Shown here: positions 1 to 8,090 of the stretch, piece after piece
How positions within the stretch are numbered: position 1 is the first letter of the stretch
Layout of the letters: every line of letters starts with the position of its first letter
Source of the DNA: a virus
Taxonomy: Duplodnaviria; Caudoviricetes
DNA: 56,539 nucleotides
Virus record (IMG/VR): IMGVR_UViG_3300030098_005086
Span: 1-56,539 of that record
Reading direction: 5' to 3' (one strand)
Program-made: the position numbers and the translations under genes
The notes under the pieces: model-generated
Database searches by the model: none
What the model was told of the DNA's origin: nothing
What the model saw: the letters and a program-made list of their open reading frames with translations, nothing else

Positions 1-235
1 CTACGCAATGCTGCGAATTGGAACTTCCACCCAACGTATGATTCAGAGAAGGCGAACGGTATCCGGAGGTCACTCGAATGGGGCCCAACTCATTGCGTAG
101 AGGCTGTAAAATAGAATTTGCCAAAATTGTTAATTTATGAACACCGTCTTTAGTCGGAGTATTGTCAATTCCGAGACGCAGGGCAGTATTGGATTTAGTT
201 AGTTCTTGTAGGGTAAAGTTTTTGCTGATTCGCAT
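1..235 (-). CDS. Peptidase M15A-family (D-Ala-D-Ala carboxypeptidase-like) endolysin, runs off the window
   Basis: Manual translation MRISKNFTLQELTKSNTALRLGIDNTP...ILQPLRNELGPIRVTSGYRSPSLNHTLGGSSNSQHCV; the NF-L-E, SGYRS and GG-SQH motifs are typical of Peptidase_M15_3. Not in the ORF track. Confidence 0.88.
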   Translation of the reverse strand, partial: MRISKNFTLQELTKSNTALRLGIDNTPTKDGVHKLTILANSILQPLRNELGPIRVTSGYRSPSLNHTLGGSSNSQHCV

Positions 236-237
236 AA

Positions 238-600
238 TTACATAAATTTCTTTAATACTAATTCCTCTACTTTCTTTTTAGGGGCTTTAATACAAAGCTG
301 AAATGTCAAATCAGCATCATATCTTTCAACCACTTCTTTATTATAAAAGATTAAAATAGTAGGAACAGAAAGAATTTTATATGTGGAGGTTAAATTGGGA
401 CATGTTTCTATATTAACCATGTAAGACTTAATATCTTTAAATTCAGCTAAATCTACACAGTTATCTTTGTTCCATTCCGCATAAAACTCAATTAAAACAA
501 TATCATCGTTTAACTTCTCTTCAAATTCTTCCTCATTAATTACTTGCTGAGCTAAAGAACTAAAAGATAATAATAATAAAAATATTAAAATAGTTCTCAT
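238..600 (-). CDS. Exported thioredoxin-fold protein lacking CxxC
   Basis: Signal peptide MRTILIFLLLLSFSSLA; Trx pattern VLIEFYAEW and Y-I-SVPT-LIF; WNKDN where WCxxC is expected. Confidence 0.75.
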   Translation of the reverse strand: MRTILIFLLLLSFSSLAQQVINEEEFEEKLNDDIVLIEFYAEWNKDNCVDLAEFKDIKSYMVNIETCPNLTSTYKILSVPTILIFYNKEVVERYDADLTFQLCIKAPKKKVEELVLKKFM

Positions 601-887
601 TTTTTTTGAATTACCTGATACAGTCTCTCGTCCATTACATCTATCTTTTCTTCTATTGCATCTAGAGTTTCTTTATTGGATAAAACAGTCTGTCTTATCA
701 ATTCATTTTTCATATTGATTTCGTTGGCACTTGGGTAACCATCGAATTTTTCTACTTTCATTTCTAAGGCATTAACTTGCCCCACCAAATTATAATACGT
801 TCCTGCTACACTCATTATCATAACAGCAAATCCTATTATAAATTTTAAGTCAGTACTTATCTTGGTATTTTCTCCTATTTGTGCCAT
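597..887 (-). CDS. Single-pass membrane protein with coiled-coil C-terminus (possible lysis accessory)
   Basis: Hydrophobic FIIGFAVMIMSVAGTYY followed by heptad-like LDAIEEKIDVMDERLY; overlaps both neighbours. Confidence 0.6.
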   Translation of the reverse strand: MAQIGENTKISTDLKFIIGFAVMIMSVAGTYYNLVGQVNALEMKVEKFDGYPSANEINMKNELIRQTVLSNKETLDAIEEKIDVMDERLYQVIQKK

Positions 888-1438
888 TTTAATGTTCCGT
901 TTTGAATGTATACTCCACTAGGTTGTTTAACTTCTTGTCCATATAAATTATACATTAAATTAGAACCTTCAGATTCTTTTATAATCTCTCCGATTGAACT
1001 ATTGCAGTCAAGGCCGGTATCACAATCAATATACTGAAAAACTTCTTCATATTCTATTTGAATAATGGTGTCATATATATATTGAGTTTCATAAACATAT
1101 TCTATTTCTACTTCTACAATAGTATCTGTTTCATAAATATATTCTACCACCGGAACATCTATATAAACAGTATCACACTCTATTATTTCTAAAACACAAT
1201 CAGACAGTGAGGTTGGAACAGCTCCATTCTCATCACTTGCATCTACACAGTCCTCCCACCCATCGTTAATCCAAGAGTTTTGAACACACCCATTTGGAGA
1301 GTATTGCGTCCAATTAGCCTCATCGTCTCCACAATAAAACCCATTGGCTTCAGCACACGCTAAACATCCTAGGTTATAATCCTGTGAAAACCCTATCGTA
1401 GATAGGATAAAAAATAATAATAAAAGTATTTTTTTCAT
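875..1438 (-). CDS. Secreted Cys-rich protein with LDL-receptor class A-like motif and T9SS type-A-like C-terminal domain
   Basis: Signal peptide MKKILLLLFFILSTIGFSQ; CVQNSWINDGWEDCVDASDE; DTV/DTI stalk; ends MYNLYGQEVKQPSGVYIQNGTLKWHK. Confidence 0.7.
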   Translation of the reverse strand: MKKILLLLFFILSTIGFSQDYNLGCLACAEANGFYCGDDEANWTQYSPNGCVQNSWINDGWEDCVDASDENGAVPTSLSDCVLEIIECDTVYIDVPVVEYIYETDTIVEVEIEYVYETQYIYDTIIQIEYEEVFQYIDCDTGLDCNSSIGEIIKESEGSNLMYNLYGQEVKQPSGVYIQNGTLKWHK

Positions 1439-1439
1439 A

Positions 1440-2459
1440 TTAAAAGAATAAAAAATTAAACCCTACCTTTAATTCATACACCGGCTTCATCCAATATCTT
1501 TGGTGGGTTCCCTCTACAAACATTCCTAACTTTTTTGTAATACGAGAACCAAACACTAATCCGGCATCCCATTCTGCCCAATCATTATCCGTCTCTCCAT
1601 ATTGGAACGAATAATCATCAAGTCCATAATGCAAAGGTAGTAAATTATACCACGCATGAATCCATAGTTTAGAGGTCCATTTATAGTAGGACACCCCTAA
1701 AACAGCACTTATCTCGTTTTGTCGACCTAATTTTTCTAACTCTTGCTCATTATAAGTTGCTACAGCTTCTCCAAAATAATGTTTAAAAAACTCATCATTA
1801 GAAGTAGCAAGAAGCTCGTCATTAGACGACCAATGCCATTGGCCATTTACAAATTCTCTACTATAACCAAAATCTTCAGCAAAATCAATAAAACTACTTT
1901 CTCCCTGTATCCACAAATCCTCAATGGGAGTAATTCCGTAGACCGGGTGGTTGCGCATAACAATTCCTGCAGTAAAGTCCCACGGGCCTTTGGTTATTCT
2001 CCACCTATTGTCAAAAGAAATATATTTTAAATCTAAGCGCTCGTTGTCTTTGTATTGCGCTTTATGAACCGTTTTATTGCCGAGGTAACGTAGCCAAAAA
2101 TCTCCATTATTAAATGTTTCACCGCGATGGCGTAGAAAAGAATAATTAAAGAGATACTCCCAACCATTAGCATTCCCAATAGTAACGTTGTCTGATACAG
2201 TTCGCTCAGTACCGTAGTACCACGTCTTAACTTTATATTCATAATCAAATCTAGCTATTTTACGAATCCCTATGCTTAGGTGATAATCGTAAGGGTTAAT
2301 TGTTGTTACATCCTCATATCCTCTGTTGACAGCAATGTAATTCTCTCTTTCTACCATCGAAGACCCTAGAGACATAGATGTGTAAAAAGTAGAGTATTTA
2401 AAAAACTGACCAAACGATAAAAGAGGGATTAACAAACATGTTAAAAATAATGTTCTCAT
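1440..2459 (-). CDS. Predicted outer-membrane beta-barrel protein
   Basis: Signal peptide MRTLFLTCLLIPLLSFGQ; aromatic-rich amphipathic strands; C-terminus YELKVGFNFLFF ending in Phe, like a BAM signal. Confidence 0.7.
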   Translation of the reverse strand: MRTLFLTCLLIPLLSFGQFFKYSTFYTSMSLGSSMVERENYIAVNRGYEDVTTINPYDYHLSIGIRKIARFDYEYKVKTWYYGTERTVSDNVTIGNANGWEYLFNYSFLRHRGETFNNGDFWLRYLGNKTVHKAQYKDNERLDLKYISFDNRWRITKGPWDFTAGIVMRNHPVYGITPIEDLWIQGESSFIDFAEDFGYSREFVNGQWHWSSNDELLATSNDEFFKHYFGEAVATYNEQELEKLGRQNEISAVLGVSYYKWTSKLWIHAWYNLLPLHYGLDDYSFQYGETDNDWAEWDAGLVFGSRITKKLGMFVEGTHQRYWMKPVYELKVGFNFLFF

Positions 2460-2584
2460 CGTCCTTGACCTCTATATTGTTTTACGTAATTATTAGCTCC
2501 TTTAGTAAATGTCGTCTTGCTTTTCGCATGACGATTGTGTTTTTGCTTTTTGTTTGGAGTAAATTTCCATACTTTTTTTGCCAT
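2456..2584 (-). CDS. Small basic phage protein (42 aa, ends YRGQGR)
   Basis: Manual translation MAKKVWKFTPNKKQKHNRHAKSKTTFTKGANNYVKQYRGQGR; ATGA overlap with the barrel gene. Confidence 0.75.
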   Translation of the reverse strand: MAKKVWKFTPNKKQKHNRHAKSKTTFTKGANNYVKQYRGQGR

Positions 2585-2644
2585 CTTTTATAAAATATTT
2601 TATTTGATGAGGTATTCCAAAACTACTATGTGTTGTCCACTTTT

Positions 2645-3262
2645 TTACCATACCCCTAGATTCCATAATGTACCGTATGTACCGTGAATATAGCAGCCGT
2701 CCCGAGCTATTCTTCTTACTTGAGTGGGCCAAACAGGAGTGTCAATTAATTGTGGAGGAACATTAGTTGCGCAATTATCTAATGTATCTCCTCCCGCACT
2801 TACATAGGTGGCACATGCACTTTTATCTGCTACATTAGTATAAACCATACAAGGCTTGTTGTTTAGAGGAGCTCGATACAACCTATATGGGGTTCCTGTT
2901 GCAGCATACTCAATACACCATCCCGCAAGCACCAAAACTATATTGCTTGTTAGGACTTTTATCTCGGTTGCGCTAACAATCTCTACTACCCGGCCTGCTC
3001 CCGCCGTAGTTGATGTAGAGCCTACATTATAAACTATATCCCCTTGCTTAACATCTAGAGCCTCAAAATCTGCTGACCCATCTTTAAGACCCACCACACT
3101 TAAAGTTGCCCCACCATCATAAGCGGTAGTAGGAAGATTAACAGCGGTAGCTGTATTTGTTCCTTGATGATAGAAGTCTCCCGGAAAAGGAATATTTCCC
3201 ACATCAGAAGGTATTATGCGCAATATACGCGTTCCTTGTCCTAATAATTTTTGATAAGCCAT
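2645..3262 (-). CDS. Hypothetical (possibly structural) protein, paralog of 3282..3971
   Basis: Shares MAYxKLLGQGxR..IxPSD, SAGGD, PxQ(V/I)RRI and LG(V/I)W ends with its neighbour. Confidence 0.7.
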   Translation of the reverse strand: MAYQKLLGQGTRILRIIPSDVGNIPFPGDFYHQGTNTATAVNLPTTAYDGGATLSVVGLKDGSADFEALDVKQGDIVYNVGSTSTTAGAGRVVEIVSATEIKVLTSNIVLVLAGWCIEYAATGTPYRLYRAPLNNKPCMVYTNVADKSACATYVSAGGDTLDNCATNVPPQLIDTPVWPTQVRRIARDGCYIHGTYGTLWNLGVW

Positions 3263-3281
3263 GATTCTCTTTTTATATTAA

Positions 3282-3971
3282 TTACCATATTCCTAAATAA
3301 TACATTTGCCACCCCGTGTTACTACTTACGGTTGTAGCCACTCCGGTTTTGTCTACTGTGCTATTTAATATTCGTCGTATTTGCACAGGAAAACGGGAGC
3401 TTATAACCTGCATACCACCAGGAGACCCATAACAAGAAGGTAAGGTAACTCCTCCGGTCGGTATCATCTCAAGGCCATCTCCTCCCGCAGAAATAAAAGT
3501 AGTTTCGACGTTATTGATAGCAGCAGGTAATGTAACCATAGGAAAATCCTTAGGTCTTCTAAATACTTTAATGTCATAATCTACAGCTCCAGGGTCAAGA
3601 CCTAGGGCCGCAAATGCGGGTTCTATATCCACATAAGCTTGACGCTCGTTACCACCCCATTCGGGTAGGCGAACCACTCCTGCTCCCTGCAACGAAGACG
3701 CTCTAAAACCTGAGGCGGTGTCATAAAAATATATAATATCTCCTTTTTGGACACCTCCTCCTGTTACCTTCATATCTCTCCATGTGGGCTGACCACCCGC
3801 AAGTTCTACCACCCCTGAGGTTCCCGAAGCTACACAAGCATATCCCGGCTCTACGTAATTTTTGACTCTTTCCCACGTAATTTGGTCTGAAGGATTAGGC
3901 ACCTCACACCAATCCGAGGGGCAAATCCACATACACCGCATTCCTTGTCCTAATAGTTTTTCGTACGCCAT
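3282..3971 (-). CDS. Hypothetical (possibly structural) protein, paralog of 2645..3262
   Basis: Same shared motifs as 2645..3262. Confidence 0.7.
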   Translation of the reverse strand: MAYEKLLGQGMRCMWICPSDWCEVPNPSDQITWERVKNYVEPGYACVASGTSGVVELAGGQPTWRDMKVTGGGVQKGDIIYFYDTASGFRASSLQGAGVVRLPEWGGNERQAYVDIEPAFAALGLDPGAVDYDIKVFRRPKDFPMVTLPAAINNVETTFISAGGDGLEMIPTGGVTLPSCYGSPGGMQVISSRFPVQIRRILNSTVDKTGVATTVSSNTGWQMYYLGIW

Positions 3972-4216
3972 TATTTTATTTTTCTTATAACATTACCAAT
4001 TATAGGAGAAGAAACAACTCGCGTAGGTTTTTGTGGGGGTGGCACATTGGGAGACTGCATGCTTTTTTGATAAGGAAAGATGCGATTCAAAGTATCTCGT
4101 CTTTTATTGCATCCACAGTCTTTTCCTGTAGCTTTTGCCACTTTGTCCACCACACTCTTAACACCTGTGGCTTTAGTTATTTTCTCTATTGTATCTCCTA
4201 AACCGCGTGACTTCAT
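3971..4216 (-). CDS. Conserved phage protein (GLGDTIEK...DCGC type)
   Basis: MKSRGLGDTIEKITKATG...KDCGCNKRRDTLN; start moved to ATG 4216, which forms a TAATG overlap with the upstream ORF. Confidence 0.75.
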   Translation of the reverse strand: MKSRGLGDTIEKITKATGVKSVVDKVAKATGKDCGCNKRRDTLNRIFPYQKSMQSPNVPPPQKPTRVVSSPIIGNVIRKIK

Positions 4217-4383
4217 TAGCAATTACAATTTTTGTTAATACCTAAGTTGAATACAACCAACTTAAAACAGCGATTAGAAAAATCTGATTTTAACTCAAAT
4301 AAAGTTAATCCTCCAATTCTTAACTCAACTCTAATCTTATCCCATTGACGCGCATTTGACGCGAAGTAATTTGTAAATTTCAT
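4216..4383 (-). CDS. Hypothetical protein (55 aa)
   Basis: Manual translation MKFTNYFASNARQWDKIRVELRIGGLTLFELKSDF...NCNC; fills the gap and is coupled to the next gene. Confidence 0.65.
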   Translation of the reverse strand: MKFTNYFASNARQWDKIRVELRIGGLTLFELKSDFSNRCFKLVVFNLGINKNCNC

Positions 4384-4398
4384 TTTATTATTATTTTA

Positions 4399-4599
4399 TT
4401 ATTTAGTACTACAGCCAAAGTTTTTTGCATAGTTGGCCATTTTTACTACACTTTCAGAATACTTTTTAGTATTCTTCATTACCGCATCAGCAGCGCTACA
4501 CGCATCTTCAAATCCGTTTTGCTTTGCCCATTTAGTAAATTTTCCCTGATTTTTTTTCTTAATCTCAGGAAACTTTTTTGTTCTTCCTCTTGTTGCCAT
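4399..4599 (-). CDS. Small basic phage protein
   Basis: KKKNQGKFTKWAK...VKMANYAKNF; 1-nt overlap with the upstream gene. Confidence 0.7.
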   Translation of the reverse strand: MATRGRTKKFPEIKKKNQGKFTKWAKQNGFEDACSAADAVMKNTKKYSESVVKMANYAKNFGCSTK

Positions 4600-4874
4600 T
4601 ATGATTTTCTCATTACGCCTGTTCTATTACTACCCGTTTGGGTTTTAAAGGCATATTCTAATTTCTTTTTAACACTCTTTGGGTAATGCTTCTCATATTT
4701 CATAGAATGGTCCCCACCATATGCATGTCCATAATATTTTTTAGACATTGCTTTAGACTCATCGCGTCTAGCTTTAAAAGACTGCTTGTGCTTGCCTTTA
4801 TGTTTACTACCTAAAGCTTCGTCGAGCCTAGAGTTATATCCTTGTTTTGTGTCTTTGCGAATTTTAACTTTCAT
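4599..4874 (-). CDS. Basic phage protein
   Basis: QGYNSRLDEALG..KQSFKARRDESKAM; Lys/His rich. Confidence 0.7.
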   Translation of the reverse strand: MKVKIRKDTKQGYNSRLDEALGSKHKGKHKQSFKARRDESKAMSKKYYGHAYGGDHSMKYEKHYPKSVKKKLEYAFKTQTGSNRTGVMRKS

Positions 4875-4905
4875 GTTCTTTTTTTTTAATGATTGATATA
4901 TACTA

Positions 4906-5382
4906 TTAAAAAGCTAGACCTGCAGGACGCTTGTTGTTCCGTAATGTCCCCTGTCTTCTCTTCCTAGCTATAGAGTTCCTAACTTTTCTCCTCTTTGCTT
5001 GAGCGGGAGATAATGCTCTTGTTGTTCCTTTCTTCCTATCTATATAGACCGCTCCTATCGCTCCCATTGTTGGCCGTTTCTTCTGTGCTCCTCTTTTCTT
5101 TCTTTTTGCTGCGCTTGCAGCAACACCCCATAGTGATTTTCTCTTTTTAGGTCTACGTTTTCCGCCAACTGCGCTTGCAACAGCACTGAATAATCCTCCT
5201 TTTCCTCTTTTCTTCTTTGCTTGTGCGGTTTTAGCAGCGATTTCACTCACAGCCCCTTTTTTCTTTTCTAAGTCTCTTTTATAGTAGCGCTTAACTCCCG
5301 GTTTTGACTTTCGGCCTCCTTGCTTATTTCGGCCGGTAACTTTTCTAAAAGCACTTCTTAGTGCTCTTCCAAATCTTGACAT
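4906..5382 (-). CDS. Extremely Lys/Arg-rich low-complexity protein
   Basis: Alternating basic runs and short Ala-rich segments (LFSAVASAVG, LWGVAASAAK); AT-rich leader. Confidence 0.65.
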   Translation of the reverse strand: MSRFGRALRSAFRKVTGRNKQGGRKSKPGVKRYYKRDLEKKKGAVSEIAAKTAQAKKKRGKGGLFSAVASAVGGKRRPKKRKSLWGVAASAAKRKKRGAQKKRPTMGAIGAVYIDRKKGTTRALSPAQAKRRKVRNSIARKRRQGTLRNNKRPAGLAF

Positions 5383-5408
5383 AATACTGTTTCTTTATTA
5401 ATTAATGT

Positions 5409-5660
5409 TTACTTCTTTCTTTTAAAACGACTTAAAGGATTTTTAGTGTATTTTATTTTTTTAAGAGACCCCTTCTTCTCTTTTAATTTATCTCTTCCCC
5501 ACTTAGTTTTTACTACGTTCTTCTTTTTTATAACACCTGTCTTTCCTTTAGTGCCCTTCTTTCTAACCACTACGTCTTTTATCGTTGTCTTTCCCACTTT
5601 CTTTTTTGTAACAGTTCGAGTTCTCTTACGACCTTTATATGTTTTTGTTTTAGTTGGCAT
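5409..5660 (-). CDS. Lys/Thr-rich basic protein
   Basis: MPTKTKTYKGRKRTRTVTKKKV...; first gene after the promoter at 5701-5708. Confidence 0.65.
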   Translation of the reverse strand: MPTKTKTYKGRKRTRTVTKKKVGKTTIKDVVVRKKGTKGKTGVIKKKNVVKTKWGRDKLKEKKGSLKKIKYTKNPLSRFKRKK

Positions 5661-5689
5661 AATATATTTTTTAAAAATTATTTAATAAT

Positions 5690-5708
5690 TATCTTTGTAG
5701 CAAAGTTA
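5690..5708. promoter_or_regulatory. Pair of overlapping opposed Bacteroidota -7 promoter boxes (TAnnTTTG)
   Basis: TATCTTTG on + at 5690-5697 and TAACTTTG on - at 5701-5708, between divergent genes. Confidence 0.7.
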
Positions 5709-5723
5709 AGAAAAATTATTTTA

Positions 5724-6149
5724 ATGAAATTAAACTATTTAAAGTATTGGAGAGTAATAAGATATTTTATAAAAGCTAAATATAAACTCACCCAAGCGGA
5801 CCTAGATATACTCCTATTCTTATATGACGAAGAGTACTTCTCTAAAGACAAATTCAAAGAGTTCGATGAACTCCTGAGTTGGAATGTAAACAGATTTGAC
5901 CAACTTCTTAAAAATGGATGGATAGAAGTGTTTAGAAAATATGATGGGAAAAATAAAGCTATATATAAACTCTCTTATAAAAGCGTAAGACTAATTGTAT
6001 CTATATATAATAAACTCAGCGGGGAAGAAATTCCTACTAGCCCCTCCTCAAATCCTATGTTTGCACGTAATGTTTCATACACTGATAAGGTTTATAGAAA
6101 GATGATTAAAGAAATGAATAAGAAAATAAAAGAAGATAGATTTAACTAA
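5724..6149 (+). CDS. Winged-helix (MarR-like) DNA-binding protein
   Basis: LTQADLDILLFLY...FDQLLKNGWIEVF...YKLSYKS pattern. Confidence 0.6.
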   Translation: MKLNYLKYWRVIRYFIKAKYKLTQADLDILLFLYDEEYFSKDKFKEFDELLSWNVNRFDQLLKNGWIEVFRKYDGKNKAIYKLSYKSVRLIVSIYNKLSGEEIPTSPSSNPMFARNVSYTDKVYRKMIKEMNKKIKEDRFN

Positions 6150-6403
6150 ACTACTACTACAACATTTCGTTCTTGGATAATGGTATAGGCTTCATTTTCT
6201 ATCATCATAGTATGCGAGCCGTGTTTATCAAAATATAAGACATCACCATTTTTAATAGCATCTACCTCTGTGCCGGAATTAATTACTTCACCTTTTTTAT
6301 ATCTTAAGTCTTTAACGTCTTCAGAGGATAATAATAATCCCGAGTCGGTAGTAATCTGTTCTTCGATAGATTTAACTACTATATATTTACCTATTGCTTT
6401 CAT
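6146..6403 (-). CDS. groES: Co-chaperonin GroES
   Basis: MKAIGKYIVV..TDSGLLL..KGEVINSG..IKNGDVLYF..IIQERNV; adjacent to GroEL. Confidence 0.92.
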   Translation of the reverse strand: MKAIGKYIVVKSIEEQITTDSGLLLSSEDVKDLRYKKGEVINSGTEVDAIKNGDVLYFDKHGSHTMMIENEAYTIIQERNVVVVV

Positions 6404-8025
6404 TCTTCTCTTTTTTCATATGAGCGTGCCATTGTGATAATAGCGTTAGTACTAAGTAATGTTACTGCAACAGAAACAGCATTTTGTAAAGCATGTTTAG
6501 TCACCTTCATAGGGTCAATGACTCCTAACTTTAAAAGGTCTCCGTGTTTATTGTTTTTTACATCGTAACCATAACCGTCCTCCATAGCAGTATTATACTT
6601 CTTGGTTTCTTTAAGTCCTGCGTTTTTTAATATTTGTATAAGAGGAACCCTAATGGCTTTAGCTAAAATTGCGTTAGCAATTCGTTTTTCCTGATTTGTT
6701 TCCTTCTCACTTGTAGTTAGCAGTCCGTTTGAGGATATATTAAATAAAGCTAATCCTGACCCTGGCAATATCCCTTCTGCTTGAGCAGAACGCACCGCAC
6801 ACACTGCATCATCAACTCTATCAAATAATTCTTTTTGTTCTACGTCTGTATTGCCTCCCACGTGAATAACCCCTATTCCTCCTGTTAAAGAAGCAATACG
6901 AGACATAATAAATTCTCTGCTCATTTTAGTAGTAGCTATCTTATGAGCTCCCCATAACTCTTCAACACGAGTGTTAATCTCATCCATATTGTCTCTGTTA
7001 GACGAGAGTATGATTGTTGAGGTGCCTCCAACTATCACCTTAGAGGCTTGTCCTAAATCTTTAAAATCTATGATACTCAAGTCATCTCCCGTCTTTTCAG
7101 AGAAGTAACGTGCTCCTGTAGATAAAGCAATGTCACGCATAAGCTCATGTTGCTTGTACCCAAAGTTAGGTGGGTCTATAACACAAACCTTAATATTACG
7201 TTTCATGACATTAGCAGCTAAGGTATGTAGCACATTGGGACTACATGGAGCAATAATAAGTAGCGATTTACCGTCTTGAATAATTGGTTTAAGTATTTGT
7301 TCTATATTAAGAATATTGGTTACCTCAGCATCAGAAACAAAAATGTAGGGATTCTCTAATATACACTCATCTTTCTTTTGATTATTAACAAATAGGTTGT
7401 TTGCATAGCCTCGGTCTATTTTAATTCCTTCAGTAGACTCAATATATGTTTCACTAGTATCAGACTTTTCTACAGTAACAATACCGTTTTTTCCTACTTG
7501 ATTATATACATCAGCAATTAATCCCCCTATATAAGGGTCATTATTAGCCGATATAGTAGCTACACTTTTAAGTCTACTCTTAGTAACAGGCTTACTTTTC
7601 TTTTTTAAAGCACTTACAATATCTTTAGTAGAAGAAACTAATTCCCTTAATACTTCTGTTTGATTACAGTCAGGATAGTTGTCAAACTTGTGTAAAGCTT
7701 CTTTTATTAAAGCTTCGGTTAAAACAATAGCTGTAGTCGTTCCGTCTCCCGCTTGAGTGGCCGTCTTGTCGGCAGCCTGCTTCATCATAGTAACCGCAAG
7801 GTTTTCTACAGGGTCTATAAGACTCACTGACTTAGCCACAGTAACCCCGTCTTTGGTAACCGTAAGATGACTCGTAAATTCAGGAGATTCTATAAGAACA
7901 GTATTTCCACTAGGACCTAGGGTGCTTTTAACTGCGTTTGAAATCTTATTAATACCGTTTATTAGCTTTTGACGACCGTCTTTTCCAAAGACTAATTCTT
8001 TGGGAGTGTATCCTTGTTTGTTCAT
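6400..8025 (-). CDS. groEL: Chaperonin GroEL
   Basis: STLGPSG, TKDGVTVAK, AGDGTTTA, ATISAN, DRVDDA, GVIDP motifs; 541 aa. Confidence 0.97.
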   Translation of the reverse strand: MNKQGYTPKELVFGKDGRQKLINGINKISNAVKSTLGPSGNTVLIESPEFTSHLTVTKDGVTVAKSVSLIDPVENLAVTMMKQAADKTATQAGDGTTTAIVLTEALIKEALHKFDNYPDCNQTEVLRELVSSTKDIVSALKKKSKPVTKSRLKSVATISANNDPYIGGLIADVYNQVGKNGIVTVEKSDTSETYIESTEGIKIDRGYANNLFVNNQKKDECILENPYIFVSDAEVTNILNIEQILKPIIQDGKSLLIIAPCSPNVLHTLAANVMKRNIKVCVIDPPNFGYKQHELMRDIALSTGARYFSEKTGDDLSIIDFKDLGQASKVIVGGTSTIILSSNRDNMDEINTRVEELWGAHKIATTKMSREFIMSRIASLTGGIGVIHVGGNTDVEQKELFDRVDDAVCAVRSAQAEGILPGSGLALFNISSNGLLTTSEKETNQEKRIANAILAKAIRVPLIQILKNAGLKETKKYNTAMEDGYGYDVKNNKHGDLLKLGVIDPMKVTKHALQNAVSVAVTLLSTNAIITMARSYEKREE

Positions 8026-8050
8026 GTCTATTGAATTAAATTATATTATG

Positions 8051-8058
8051 CAAATATA
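8051..8058 (-). promoter_or_regulatory. TAnnTTTG promoter box for groEL-groES
   Basis: TATATTTG on the minus strand 25 nt upstream of the groEL ATG. Confidence 0.6.
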
Positions 8059-8090
8059 AACATATTTTCTTATACCACTAACTTTAGTTA

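Noticed and set aside
597-887. Firm holin or spanin call
   Set aside because: Topology is compatible, but there is no family motif and no partner o-spanin lipoprotein is visible in the window.
2502-2732. 76-aa ORF from the track
   Set aside because: Overlaps the 205-aa gene; the 42-aa ORF 2456..2584 has a recognisable motif and an ATGA coupling.
5446-5685. Phe-rich plus-strand ORF that looks like a membrane protein (likewise 9814..10125, 9942..10271, 10204..10557)
   Set aside because: Antisense shadows of Lys-rich genes (AAA read as TTT); promoters and gene coupling favour the minus strand.
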